A DNA stretch of 64,000 nucleotides from Eledone cirrhosa. Taxonomy: Eukaryota. The stretch covers positions 14,384,001-14,448,000 of the forward strand of contig OZ024745.1 in NCBI GenBank assembly GCA_964016885.1. The letters are read 5' to 3'. Within the stretch, counting starts at the first letter, position 1, and the number at the start of each line of letters is the position of its first letter. Under the pieces are notes generated by a model. That model did no database searches, had not been told where the DNA came from, and worked only from the letters and a program-made list of their open reading frames with translations. The position numbers were made by a program, and so were the translations under genes. This document shows, one piece after another, positions 25,386 through 37,900 of this stretch.

Positions 25386-26408
25386 CCGAATTAGTGTGGT
25401 AGAGACGAGTACACATGTTGTTGAGGTGTTTAATTTTGTCAATACTCTGATATGTCCAGCTCCTGGTTGGGTTGTTATTTCACTGAGGAACTGGAATCAT
25501 ATGAATTTAAACAAACGAATTTCATCGTCAAAGGACATCTTCTCCTCCCATTGGTCAGTTGTGAGAACATTCCTCAATCGAAAGTCTATAGAAATTCCTT
25601 CTGAGGCGAGGCAATCTGTAGTGGTTGTTTTTGCTATTGTTAAGTACATCTGACCTCTACTCTTATGTTGGTAGTGGTGTTGGTGTTGGAGTCAGCTAAA
25701 AAAAATGATAAAGTGGTAGAAGGAATAAGATGGTAAAGGAACAAAATAAAATCAGATAATCAAATAAAATGTGTCTGTGTTATACCCAATCTCAATGTTA
25801 GAAAGATTTGTAAGGTCACTCCTCCAATTGGTCAGTTGTGAGAGCATTCCTCAGTCAAAAGTCTATAGAAATTCTTTCTGGGGTGAGGCTACCTGTAGTG
25901 TTTGTTTTTGCTATTGTTAAGTACATCTGACCTCTACCCTTATTTTGGTAGTGGTGTTGGTGCTGAGGTCAGCCTATGTCTTGCTGCTGCTGACATTAAG
26001 AATTATCTGTGTGTATTTTTTCATCCATCCTGCCACCATTTATCGTGGTGGTAGTGGTGGTGGTGGTGGTGGGGGTGTTGGGTGTTGTGCCATGCATATG
26101 AAGAAATAGAAGGCAATAAAGTGAAGAAAACAGAAAACAAATGAAAAATAAAAAAAATGAAGATTCAAGTAAAATAAAATGTGTGTGTGTTATAAAGATG
26201 TTGGCCAAATTAGAAAGGCTGTGTCAGAATCAATCTCTAGGCTATCATGGTGTCTGCTCAGCCTGGATGGGTCCCTATGGCTTGAGGGAGTTCCCAACCT
26301 ATGGTGCTGTTACTGCCCATATAGCTTGAGGGAGGTCCGGGCAAGAGGTGTCTACATGGTCTGGAGAAGTCCCTATAGCTTGAGGGGAGTTCACATCTCA
26401 GTGTGTTG

Positions 26409-26800
26409 TTACTGTCCATATAGCTTGAGGAAGGTCCCGGCCCTGAAGTGTCTGCATGTCCCGAAGAAGTCGGTTCTGAGGTTTATCAGGTGGCTTCCAC
26501 CTCTTAGTATCTCGAGGGTCTCGTTCAGACATAGTTTGCATATGCCAGATCCCCCTTTATCGGGTGGTACTTCCCTGATTATGGACCAGGCCAGAGAGTA
26601 CGGGGTCCTGGCCAGCTTAAGCTTCCAGATCAGGTCGGAAAGAGCCGTACTTTTCCTTTTGGCCTCCTTATTGAAGGAATAGCGATGGTTATACCAACGG
26701 TCTTTAAAGCTCGTTGATATGGCTCCTATGTAGAGGTGTTCGGAGTGGGGGGTTTTAACCCTACATCCGTATATTAGGTTCTTCTTAAGGCATTCATTAC
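26409..26800 (-). pseudogene. GIY-YIG endonuclease C-terminal fragment (Naiad-type PLE)
   Basis: CLKKNLIY..LYIG..SFKDRWYNHRYSF..STALSDLIWKLK..CKLCLNE..LINLRTDFFGTCRH. Confidence 0.85.
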
Positions 26801-26979
26801 TAAGGTATTCATTACTAAGGCATTCATTACCAATCTGCATACTGAGGTGTTATACTGAGGTATATACCAACATATACTCAATATATATATATGTAAAAGG
26901 TAAACAGAAATAACAACACAATCGCTACAGTATATGGAAGGGATATATTAGGTTAATGCTTGATAGAGCAGGAAGAGGG

Positions 26980-27015
26980 TCTTAACGTTTCGGACGCTAG
27001 CCCTTCATCAGAAGA
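26980..27015 (-). ncRNA. minimal type I hammerhead ribozyme motif
   Basis: TCTT-CTGATGA-AGGGC-TAGC-GTCC-GAAAC-GTT-AAGA. Confidence 0.7.
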
Positions 27016-28138
27016 AAGAATGAGAAATAAGATAGATTGAGGGGACGGGTGGGCTGGAATTGGAAAGAATTGTCTTTAGATAAAAATAACAGGTCCATTC
27101 ATGTTGATATATATATATATATATATATACGATCGTAAAATGATGATTTTTTTCAATATAAGGAACCTGTTCTTTGTTTTTATTTCATTGTTTTTATTAA
27201 TTTATCTTGACTCTGTTTTCCTATGATTTTTATCGTTAAATTTTGAATGCATTTTCTCTTTTCATGATATCGTCTATATTTGGATTACATTGAGTTCTTC
27301 ATACGGATTGGACACTACCGTTTATTTTGGTAGATTTATTTACACACACACACACACAGATATATATATATGAAAAATTTGGGACCCCGACGGCTGAGCT
27401 CAGGCCGTTTCAACAAGTATATCCGGTGAGTAATGGTCTAACTGGTTTTTACCACCTCCACTCTGATATTTATATACGGATTTTCGTGATGTTGCTTCAG
27501 TTCCATTCCAAATTGATCACATTTCCTGATGCTGAAGAGAAAAGCCTGACGCCAGAATTATATTATGTCTATAAATCAAGACGAACTTGCCTAATTCTTT
27601 GCTACTCAATATCTATTATGTTAAACTATAGCAGGGAACCGTTATGTTTTCTTACAAGCACACACAGACACGCAGGCAGTGGTACTTACACCCAGAGTGT
27701 TGTAAAGAGTGGAGAGGAAGAGTGAAAGTAAAGTACAAATGTTGTGTATGTCTCTTATAACCAGGAAATTATAATTGAAGAACAATGCCGCATGTTGCTT
27801 AATAGGTTATAATACAAGGAGCAGTTCATATTAGTGGGAACAAGATACGCAGTCATATTAACTCTTATCTTGAAAAGAAATATTTACATGACTTAAGAAA
27901 AATCGATGAAACAAGAAATATTGAGATGTTTTGACAGATCTAATACAAGTTAGTTGTATGAGGTTAAGTAGAAAAGTTAAATACAAAAATATATAAATGT
28001 ACGTATATTAATATATATTTGTTGATATCAACTGCGCTTTTAAAATTCCCAATCAATGATTACATTGGCAAAAAAAAAAGTTCATACACTACATATGTGT
28101 ATAAATCTTTGAATAATCCTACCTGCATTGTCTCTCTC

Positions 28139-28195
<57 letters not shown>

Positions 28196-29207
28196 GTGTG
28201 TACAAGTGAAAAAGCACAGAGGGATATAGGTATATTTAATATATAAATTTAATCAACGTTATTTTCATAGTCATCATGCAAACCTCACCTTATTTCATTG
28301 ATCAGGAAACACGTGTAAGAAGTTGTTCGTGAATTGCTGTACAAATTGATGTATGTTGGAATGTAAAACTGAATGAAAAGAATAGTCTACAAATACATAT
28401 GGAAGAAATACAACATAAAGATATAGATAGTCATGTAGACATGAATATAATTATAATATAAAAGCGGTAGTGAAACTTTGAATATTACATGGAATGATTG
28501 TGTTACAGAAAAAAAAAGAACTGGAGAGTGAAAGTAGGTTAGAATATAAAATAAAGAAAGATAACCCAACAAACGACGAACGGAACTGAAGTATTTATAT
28601 AAAGATTTAAATGTTTTGGCTAAATAAAGTTTTAGAAGAGATGAAGGGAATGAGTTTCCAATGGCTATTCGATGAGACTACATAGATAACCTACTGTAAT
28701 GAAGCTATTTGTTCTGGAATAAATCATTGAAAAAGGAATGTGTTCAAGATACTTATAAAAAAGTGAGACTCAAAGAGAATTTATACACGGAAAGAAATTA
28801 TTGAAAAAGTATTGAGCTTATTGCAAAGCCGGAGAAGGATATAAACGAGGAATATGAAAGGAAATCAAAAGAAACATCAAATGTAATTGGCAAGGGAAAG
28901 AAGAATATAAGAAGAGAAAGAGAACTGATTAAGAAAGAAAAATGAATGTAAATGTAGGAGCAGATTAAAGAAAAAAAGCTAATAGCGAGAGTCGTAGAAA
29001 ATCACTCTAATCAGCTATCATAAATGAAATATATAAATTTTATTTTAGCTTCAGGAAATAGAAGGAGTAGCGAAGTAACAGAGAATGATGAAACTATAGT
29101 ATGAACTTTATTCCCCCACCTATACACATACACACGCACATACATCGACAGACACAAGCGCACTCACACACACACACATAGACATTCACCCCCCCCCCCC
29201 CCCACAC

Positions 29208-29238
<31 letters not shown>

Positions 29239-29355
29239 AGAAATTATCGGGGATAGTAGATTTAGTAAGAAGTCTTACAACCGACTAAATACTCTTATCA
29301 ATTGCTGTATACACGAATCTAACGTTTGATTAGCTGAACTAGAACGAGGTAAAAA

Positions 29356-29463
<108 letters not shown>

Positions 29464-29953
29464 ACATATATATGTACATATATATATATAGATATATACA
29501 TAAATATATAAATACACGTACATACTCATACACATACTCACATGCGCACACACATATATACATACACACACATATATATGCATATATATATATGAATAAA
29601 TATATGAATATATATATATATATGTAGATAGATAGATATACAAACAACCATTTGCACACACACAGACACACAATAATGCCATTAACTTATTGTAGGAATT
29701 ATTAGTGGATTGTTTCCCGGATTATACTTAAATAATATTTCTTTATCTAGAGTATTGGAATTGAGTTTACTTCCGATATGATTCATCACGTGTTCATATG
29801 TGTGTGTATGTGCATATTGTCATATTGTCTATCAGCATTCATGGATATTTATGTATATGGATGTACATGTATGATTATATAAGAATAAATATACATACAC
29901 GTATGTATGTATGTATGTATGTATGTATGTATGTATATCTTTCTCTCTCTCTT

Positions 29954-30042
<89 letters not shown>

Positions 30043-30227
30043 GCGTATGTGCATATATATGTATACGTTCATATATGTATTTACTTATCTATATGTGTAT
30101 ACACACACACACATATAAACATAGGAAATGTGACTTGCAGTTACTGTAGGTTCACCCGAGTGAGCACTAGATGCGTAGTTTCCAGTCAGCAAAGAGGTGT
30201 AGAACTTAGCAAAGAGCAATTATAATA

Positions 30228-30415
30228 ATTGTTTCTACTTTTTGGCACAAGGCCAGCAACTATACCAGTGTATTACTGGTACTTCATTTTATCGACCCCG
30301 TAAGGATGAAAGGCAAAGTTAACCTCGGCGGGATTTGAACTCAGTCCGTAAAGGGACGTAACTGTGCTGCAAAGCATGGCGTCCAACCGTCTCCCGATAC
30401 TGCCAATCCACCGCC
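30228..30415 (-). mobile_element. full-length SINE family A with about 18-bp TSD
   Basis: Reverse complement of the 23278 element. Flanks AAGAG(C/T)AATTATAATAAT at 30212-30229 and 30416-30433. Confidence 0.85.
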
Positions 30416-30528
30416 AAGAGTAATTATAATAATAAAATGACGATTTGTTACGTCTTCATTACATTTATTGAAGACATAACAAATCTTTTATCATCGTTAT
30501 CATTATCATCATTATTATTACTATTATT

Positions 30529-33500
30529 GGCGACCTACGTAGGAAATTGTATTATCGTGAGCTCCGCAAAGGTTGTTGTTTTCAGTTGTTTCAAATTGCC
30601 ATTTATGGAAATTTTTTGTTGTTAAGTGTTTATAAGGTCACATATATTGCTTTCGGAAAAGGACACTCGAAAAGATTGGGGCCTTGAGCCCAAAATTTAA
30701 ACTTTTATAATTATCAAACAAAAATTTTCTTTGAAAAAATCATGGACGACTCACAGCTACACCAAGCTGACAGCCTTCCTCACAAACTAATACCTTACAC
30801 CAACACCACCATTGTAAATATTACTACGTTTGCCAAGACTAAAAATATAAGCAGTAGCAATAATTTAAATTTGTCTCATGCAGACATTCATTTCCCGTCA
30901 TTACCAACAACTGCAGGTGTTAAATCCGCCCCCCCCACCACCACCACCACAGCGATAACAGAAACAACATAAAAAAAATTATTATCTCGTGACATCGAAA
31001 TGGATTCACCCAGAATCGACTCTTCCACATCGAACACCACTGACGCCACAACCACCACAACTGAAACTAAAAATAACAATAACAAAAATAACAATAACAA
31101 CAGCAGCAACAACAACAATGAGAATAACAACAAAAACATCAACACCACCGCAAATGTGTCGTTTGCCAAGCAGCCAAGAAATGCGAAACAATCGAGGTAA
31201 CTCAGGAGGAATTAAATGAAGCCAAGAGAATGGTAAAGAAAGATGGGTACAGGGTCAGCCCCCCCCCAACCTAATAAAATGGAGCATCGGCGCCTATGCA
31301 CCGTGTCTTATCGGACGATTAACCACCCACATCAGACGTGGGCAGAAATATGGAACCGTGGACGCGTTCTTTGGAACACCACAGGAGGCCAGAGAGCACT
31401 CCATGGCCCCATTAAGAAGCGACGACTCGTCCCAAGCTATTGTGGCCAGAGACTCGTGAAGATCAGGGTGACCCACGTTCCACCGGCCATCGAAATTCCC
31501 TGGCTAATGGCTGCCGTCCTCGCCAGCATCAAGGCCAACACCAAAGTAATTGAAATATCAAAAGAAAAGCAGGAGAACTGGTCCGGATCTGGGATGGAGC
31601 TCCTGATCCAAGCGGACCAAAAAAGCATTGAGGAAATCTCAGAGGTTATAGACTTCACTGACGGCAGCCACCTCACCGTAATCGTAGAAGTCCTAGGTGT
31701 GTCGTTTTTGGTGAAGGCTTTCTGCCCTCAGGCTAAAAAGTTGAGGCTACCTCTCTTACCCACCCCAGTGAGTCAACCATCAACACCACCAACAGCAGAA
31801 ATGGCAGCAACAACTGTAGCAGCAACAACAGAAGCAACTGTAACAGCAACAACCCCAGCAACAGTAGCAAAACCAACACCACCACCCACCCACCACGCCA
31901 GAACTAGCACCAGCGCCTCCCCCCTCCCCCACGCCACAACCAAAACCAACGCCTGTGGAGGATTTTTCACTCCCCGACCTATCGCAACTGGAGACAGATT
32001 GTGACGACGAGGAGTGGGAAACTGTATCAGGAAAAAAGAAAATAGAAAAAAATCCTCTTCCTTCCCCCTCCAAAAACAAAATACAGAGGGAAAGAAATAA
32101 ACTATCAAGCAAAAAGGTTAGGACAGCTATGTCACCATCCACACCATCATCACCAACCCAATCACCACAAACACCAACACCATCACCATCATTAACCCTA
32201 ACACCACCATCACCAACACCACAAAAGTCACCAAAAAGCGAAACAGAAACAAACAAACGCAAACAAAACGCAAACAAAACAAAACAACCAAAACGATACA
32301 CACTACACAGCATTAAATTTGAACAACAACCAATTATTACACTACACTCAACACAACACCAGCATCACAGAAAAAGACTACACAACACCCCAAAAGTTCA
32401 CACCACCTCCAGACATACAAATCACTCGCATCACACAGAAAACGCACACGATACTAAAACAAAAATTCCCCAAAGACATCGGAGACTTCCGACAAGCACT
32501 CTCCAGGAGGATTTATCAGGACATCCTTCCGGAGGAGGCCAGAAGCAGTGAAAAGGATGGAGAAACCATCCTTCCTCTACGAGAAGTAAGGTAAGTGGTC
32601 TTTCCCATCTTTTCCACTCCTTTTCAACATTACTTCACTCATAATAGGCAGAATAGGCAGCATAAATGAGCGTGGCTTGGATTCGTCATGGAAGCAGGGC
32701 CACCTGCTCAAAGACCTCAGGTCACTAAACATAGATGTAGCGGCCATCAGCGAGACCAGATTCTCCGAAGCACGGGCCTTCGACTACGATGTGTACGCAT
32801 CTCCAAGCCGTCCTGGATCGGGAAGGAGGAGTTGCTGTGCTTTTTCGGAGAGGTTTGGATCTCGCCATACGGGCCATCTTCCTGGACCCAGAAGGTGCCT
32901 GGACGTGACCAGCGGAGACGGGCAAGCTTTCAGGCTAGTGGCCGTCTATGCCCCGAGAGGAGCAGGGCGGCCTGATTTCTTCCGGCGTCTGGAGACCTTT
33001 CTTGGAACGTCCCGATCTTTAGTGTTAGTGGGCGACTGGAACGGGATCTTAGATGCACGCTGGGACTGTGTGGGATTAGCGGATAGGGGAGGAGGATGAA
33101 AGAGCCTCACCAACCTGCTCAGGCGTTTTGAACTGTCTGACAGGTACCGATTGGATTTCCCGAATGTGCCAATGTAGACTTGGACAAATCGCATCGGGTC
33201 ATCTAGATCATATCTAGATAGAGTATTTTGTAGGGAAATAAATAGGCTGTCCACAATTTAAGATAGTCAGCTACACGGACCACAAATTCCTGATCTGTGT
33301 GGTTGACTTAGATAGGCTTCATAGACAAGGACCCAACTACTGGAAGCTAAACGCGTCCTTACCAGCGCGCAAGGCCTACAGAGACCGGATTAGCGAACTA
33401 GATAAGCGGGCGTTGACGGGGGCCATCGTCAACAACAAGTGGTGGTTTGCTCTGAAAAGAGCGATTAGAATAGAGTCCATTAGGTTTAGTAAGGCTTTAG

Positions 33501-36230
33501 CAATAGAAAAAAAATAGAGCAGAGGGAGAACTAGTCAGAAAATTAGACGAGGCGCTTAGCAAAGGCATCGCGACCGACGAAGGCTGCGTTGTCAGAGCTA
33601 GGGTGCGTGCTCTCAGACACGAGGGGAGGAAAGCCGTTCAATGGGCCCGAGTGGCGGAGGCGCGTCGTGGCAACAAAGCCACGATCCGGTCTTTGGTGGA
33701 CCACGACGGGCGCATGCTACTCGATCCCGGGCAAATGTGTGAAGCTTTTCAGCGACACTTCGCACAGCTGTTCGGGGGGAAGCGGCGGGCCGGATCGAGG
33801 GATGGACTTTAGTGTCTACCTCGACGAACTGCCGCGGCTTTCGGCCACTGAGGCGGAGTGTTGCGAAAAGCCGATAACAGCCTCTGAAGTACGGGAAGCA
33901 ATGACTAGCTGCACAAGGGGTAAATCACCTGGTTTGGATGGTCTGCCCTATGAACTTTACGTACAGATGCCAGACTTGTTCGAGGCCTCTTGGCGAACGT
34001 CTACTGCAACTGGCAACAGAACGGGAGAATTCCCAGCTCTGTGAGGCGAGGAGCTGTGGCGCTGCTGAGAAAGTATCCGAACAAGGGGGATAACATAGAT
34101 AATTTTAGGCCCATAACTCTGCTAAACACGGAGTTCAAGATTTTGGCCAAGGTGCTAGCAAAGAGGTTGGCGCTTGTCGTTGGTGGTCTGGTGGGAAAGG
34201 CGCAGACATGCGCCATTCCCGACAGATCCATCCACGACAACCTCCACCTCATGCGATTCATCGTAGAGAGGGTAGCTAGGGAACCTGACACGGGTGGGTC
34301 TTTGATCAATTTAGATCAGTCGAATGCTTTCGATAGAGTCGACCATCGTTACCTAGTGGCAGTCCTGAGGGCGGCTGGCTTTGGGCCCCTCTTCAGAGGC
34401 TGCATCGCTGCCATGCACAGCGACATCTGCTCTGTGGTGTGAGTGAACGGTCACCTTTCGGAACCGTTCAACATCATGCGCTCGCTCCGCCAAGGATGTC
34501 CCCTCTCGTCCCTCTTTTACGTATTGACTCTCTCGAGCCATTACTGCACAAACTGGAGACGTTGAGGAGGGTCCCGCGCTAACTAGGATGCGGAAGATCC
34601 GTGTCAGCATATGCGGACGATGTCACCGTGGTGGTGTCGAACTCCAAACACATCGAGGCGATCGGCACTACACTAAGATAATACGAAGCGGTGACAGGAG
34701 CAATGATCAACCAGGAAAAGTCAGTGGGCCTGCAGCTCGGCACCTGGAGAGGCAGGCCCATGCCGTTCAACAGCGTCGTCGGGCGCTGGACGGACGGACC
34801 GGTTAAATTGCTAGGGGTCTCGTTCGGTCCGGACCTCCAGACGGACAAAAACTGGGACGAGGTGACGAGCAGGGTGGCTTCTCTCACCCAGAAATGGGCG
34901 GAGAGGAAGCTATCCCTGAAAGGTCGAGCGGAGGTGGATAACGCGTACATCGCGTCCGTCATCTACTACCGCCTAACCGTCGTACCTTGTCCTAAGCCCC
35001 GCGTGACTGCGCTGGAGCGTTTGCTCTTTCGCTTTTTGTGGAAGGGACGCGCTCCGATGTTCAGGCGGTCCATCTGCTGTCAACACCCGCCACGTGGAGG
35101 GCTGGGCATGCCGTGGCTGATGATGCGCAGACACGCGCTCAGGCTACGACATCTCCACCACTTTCTCGACGGTGCTCAGGCGTGGTCACCGTTTGCTAGA
35201 CGCGTCTTTCCCCAGCTCGTCTCCTTGACGGAGCTGCAGTCCTGGGTCAAGCGAAGACCGAGAGGGAGCGCTTGGAGACTGGAATGTCTTCAGGCGCTCA
35301 CAGCCCTCGACCAATCGGGCAATGTGATCGGTGGAAACTCCACATTGGCGTTCTATAGAGGATAAGTGGAGGGGAAGAGCGACGACGTACTTGGGGAAAC
35401 TCTAGGCGTCGACGAAAATCAACTAGCCAATCTCTTCGGAAGAACTTTTGGGCCGGGGCCTATGGACAACTTCCAGAAATCCCTGGCCTGGCAGTGCTAC
35501 CGAGGAGCTTTGCCAGTTCGGGATAAACTCTACAGGCATGGAGGTGCCGTCAGCCGGGCATGTCCGAGATGCGCGCAGGGCGACGAAACCGTCCTGCACG
35601 CACTCGTCCACTGTCCGAGCATTGCTGACTTGTGGGTTTATGTCGAACCCTGCTATCAGCTGAGTCCATCGTGAGGATTGCCCCGCCCTCTTCCTTTAGC
35701 CGGGAAGGGCAGGTAGTTTTTATCTGTCTGGTGGCAATGGCGAAAGAAATAGTATGGTGGACACGTTTGAAAGGGCTGAAGACGAGGACTTACCTCTTCG
35801 GTGATGCCCTGATTAACTTTTTCAAGTTTCATTTGAAAAGGAAAATCAGGGTAGAGAGGGAAGTGCTCTCTTCCCAGCATTTTGTTGAAAGATGGGTGAG
35901 AGAGGCAAGAATGGCCCGAGTGAATGGGCCTACTCTGAGTATGTGTCTGTAAATTAAAAGTGGAAAACTGGGAGAAGGCACTTGCCCTGGTGGTCAGGGT
36001 CACTGTGGCTTTTTAATGGGCTTTCCCCACGAATGTCCCTCGGAAGTCTCACCCCCCCCCCTATTGGGGAATTTTTTTCATTGTTCTATTGTTACATCCT
36101 CTGTTTCTTGTTTTTTTTACACGCAGAAATGCCCTTTTGTACCGTCCTGTATTGTCCTGTACTGTCCTTAATGTATACTTTATGTAAACCCTTGTGGTTA
36201 ATAAAGAAAGCATTATTATTATTATTATTA
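30529..36230 (+). mobile_element. full-length but heavily mutated Tx1/L1-clade LINE, copy 1
   Basis: Starts GGCGACCTACGTAG after (ATT)n, as copy 2 does. Fragmented ORF1 (30742-32594) and ORF2 (about 32628-35952: APE SET/VYAP/GDWN, RT, CPRC..H..C). Ends AATAAAGAAAGC(ATT)n. Confidence 0.92.
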
Positions 36231-36303
36231 AAAGTACCAGTAATACACTGGAATAATTGCTGGTCTTGTGCCAACAGTAGAAACAATTATTATTATTATT
36301 ATC
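36231..36303 (+). mobile_element. 3' fragment of SINE family A within the LINE's ATT tail
   Basis: AAAGTACCAGTAATACACTGG..CTTGTGCCAACAGTAGAAACA(ATT)n. Confidence 0.8.
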
Positions 36304-36306
36304 ATT

Positions 36307-36490
36307 CTTTTAATGGGCTTTCTCCACAAATGTCCCTCGGAAGTCTCCCCCCTATTGGGGAATTTTTCTTTGTTATTTTATTACATCCTCTGTTTTTTAC
36401 ACGCAGAAATGCCCATTTGTACCGTCCTGTATTGTCCTGTACTGTCCTTAATGTCTACTTTATGTAAACCCTTGTGGTTAATAAAGAAAA

Positions 36491-36530
<40 letters not shown>

Positions 36531-36537
36531 GTTATTA
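36307..36537 (+). mobile_element. 5'-truncated Tx1/L1-clade copy (3'UTR only) with (ATT)n tail
   Basis: Near-identical to 43269-43470. Confidence 0.9.
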
Positions 36538-37617
36538 CTCTTTGAGTCTCAGTCATTGATGTTAGTTAACTGGAAAATTTGTTGAGATGAATATCAAGCC
36601 ACTACCTGCAGCCTCAGATATTCAGGACGTATCGAAGGGTTCTTGCTGTTCCCAACAAGCATGCCTTTTGAAGCGTTCCAAAAAGCGTGAAGGGGCCAAT
36701 TTTCTTTAACCATCCCTGGAAACGTTTTGAGATAGTCCCTAGTGCGCCTATGACAATCGGGATCACTTTGACTTCATGGCAGTTCCAAATCCTTTTTACC
36801 TCCCACTTTAAGTCCTGGTATCGGTTAATTTTCTCCCTCTCCTTCTCTTGCACTCTCGTGTCGAATGGGCAGGCCACATCCACAATCAGGCACGATCTTT
36901 TTTCTTTGTCAAAAACCACCAGGTTAGGTCTATTGTGTTCCAGTTTCTTGTCCGTCTGTATCCTAAAATCCCACAGCACCTTCACCTGATCGTTTTCTAT
37001 CACCGCCTCTGGCTTATGCTCATACCACTTCTCAGAATGTGGTAAATTGTTTACTTTGCATAGGTGCCAGTGGATCACCCTGCCCATCACATCATGTCTC
37101 CAGCCCTTATAGTGAGTCTGGGCTAGGTGTTTACACTCGGATACAATGTGAGCCACAGTCTCCTTTCTCTCTCCACAGATCCTGCACAGTGGGCTAGCCT
37201 CCTCCTTGTAAATATGGTGTTTCAACCACTTCGTTTTGAGGGCCTGCTCCTGCGCAGCCATTAACATTCCTTCTGTAGCCTTTTTAAGGTCTCCTCTTTT
37301 CAACCAGTTCCATGTCTGTGGATCTCTAAATTCAGTTTTCTCAAAGAAGGTACTATGAAGGGATTTTTCCTGAAGGCTGCTCTTTCTCCTTGATGTTATT
37401 TCCTCCTTGGACATCCCCTGGCCTATTGTCCCCTCCTTCAGTACAGTTCTGAGCATTGGCTCCTTACTATCAGTCACGTATTTGTGTAGGTTGTTTTTCT
37501 CCATCTGAACACAGTCCTCTATGCTGATAAGACCTTTTCCACCCTCAGATCTCCTTAAGTAGAGTCTATCGACATCATTCCTCTTGTGGAACATGTTGTA
37601 GATAGTCAATAGCTTCC

Positions 37618-37618
<1 letters not shown>
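36538..37618 (-). mobile_element. 5'-truncated R4/Dong-clade non-LTR retrotransposon, copy 1 (CCHC + restriction-like endonuclease; ORF 36614-37609)
   Basis: LYLRRSEGGKGL, AAQEQAL, CRICGERKETVAHIVSEC, RHD, LWDFRIQTD, RP(N)LVV..D.ACPFD..K..EK..RY, VIPIVIGALG. Flanked by (TAA)n on its own strand. Confidence 0.92.

Positions 37619-37691
<73 letters not shown>
37619..37691. repeat. (ATT)n microsatellite separating Dong copy 1 and Tx1 copy 2
   Basis: Read directly. Confidence 0.95.
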
Positions 37692-37900
37692 GGCGACCTA
37701 CGTAGTAAATCGTATCATCGTGAGCTCCGCAAAGGTTTGTTATTTCCGTTTGTTAAAAATTGCCATTTATGGAATTTTTTTATTGTTAACCATATATAAG
37801 CGCACATACATTGTTTTCCAAAAAGGACACCCAAAAAGATTGGGGCCTTGTGCCCAAAATTTAAACTTTTATGATTATCAAAATATTTCTTTGAAAAAAA

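Larger units (their letters stand above)
25285..26880 (-). mobile_element. 5'-truncated Naiad-type Penelope-like element
   Basis: GIY-YIG ORF, tandem ORF-end repeats (CCCTATAGCTTGAGG), duplicated 3'UTR block (about 25520-25695 and 25815-25975), HHR at 25331-25385. Confidence 0.85.
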
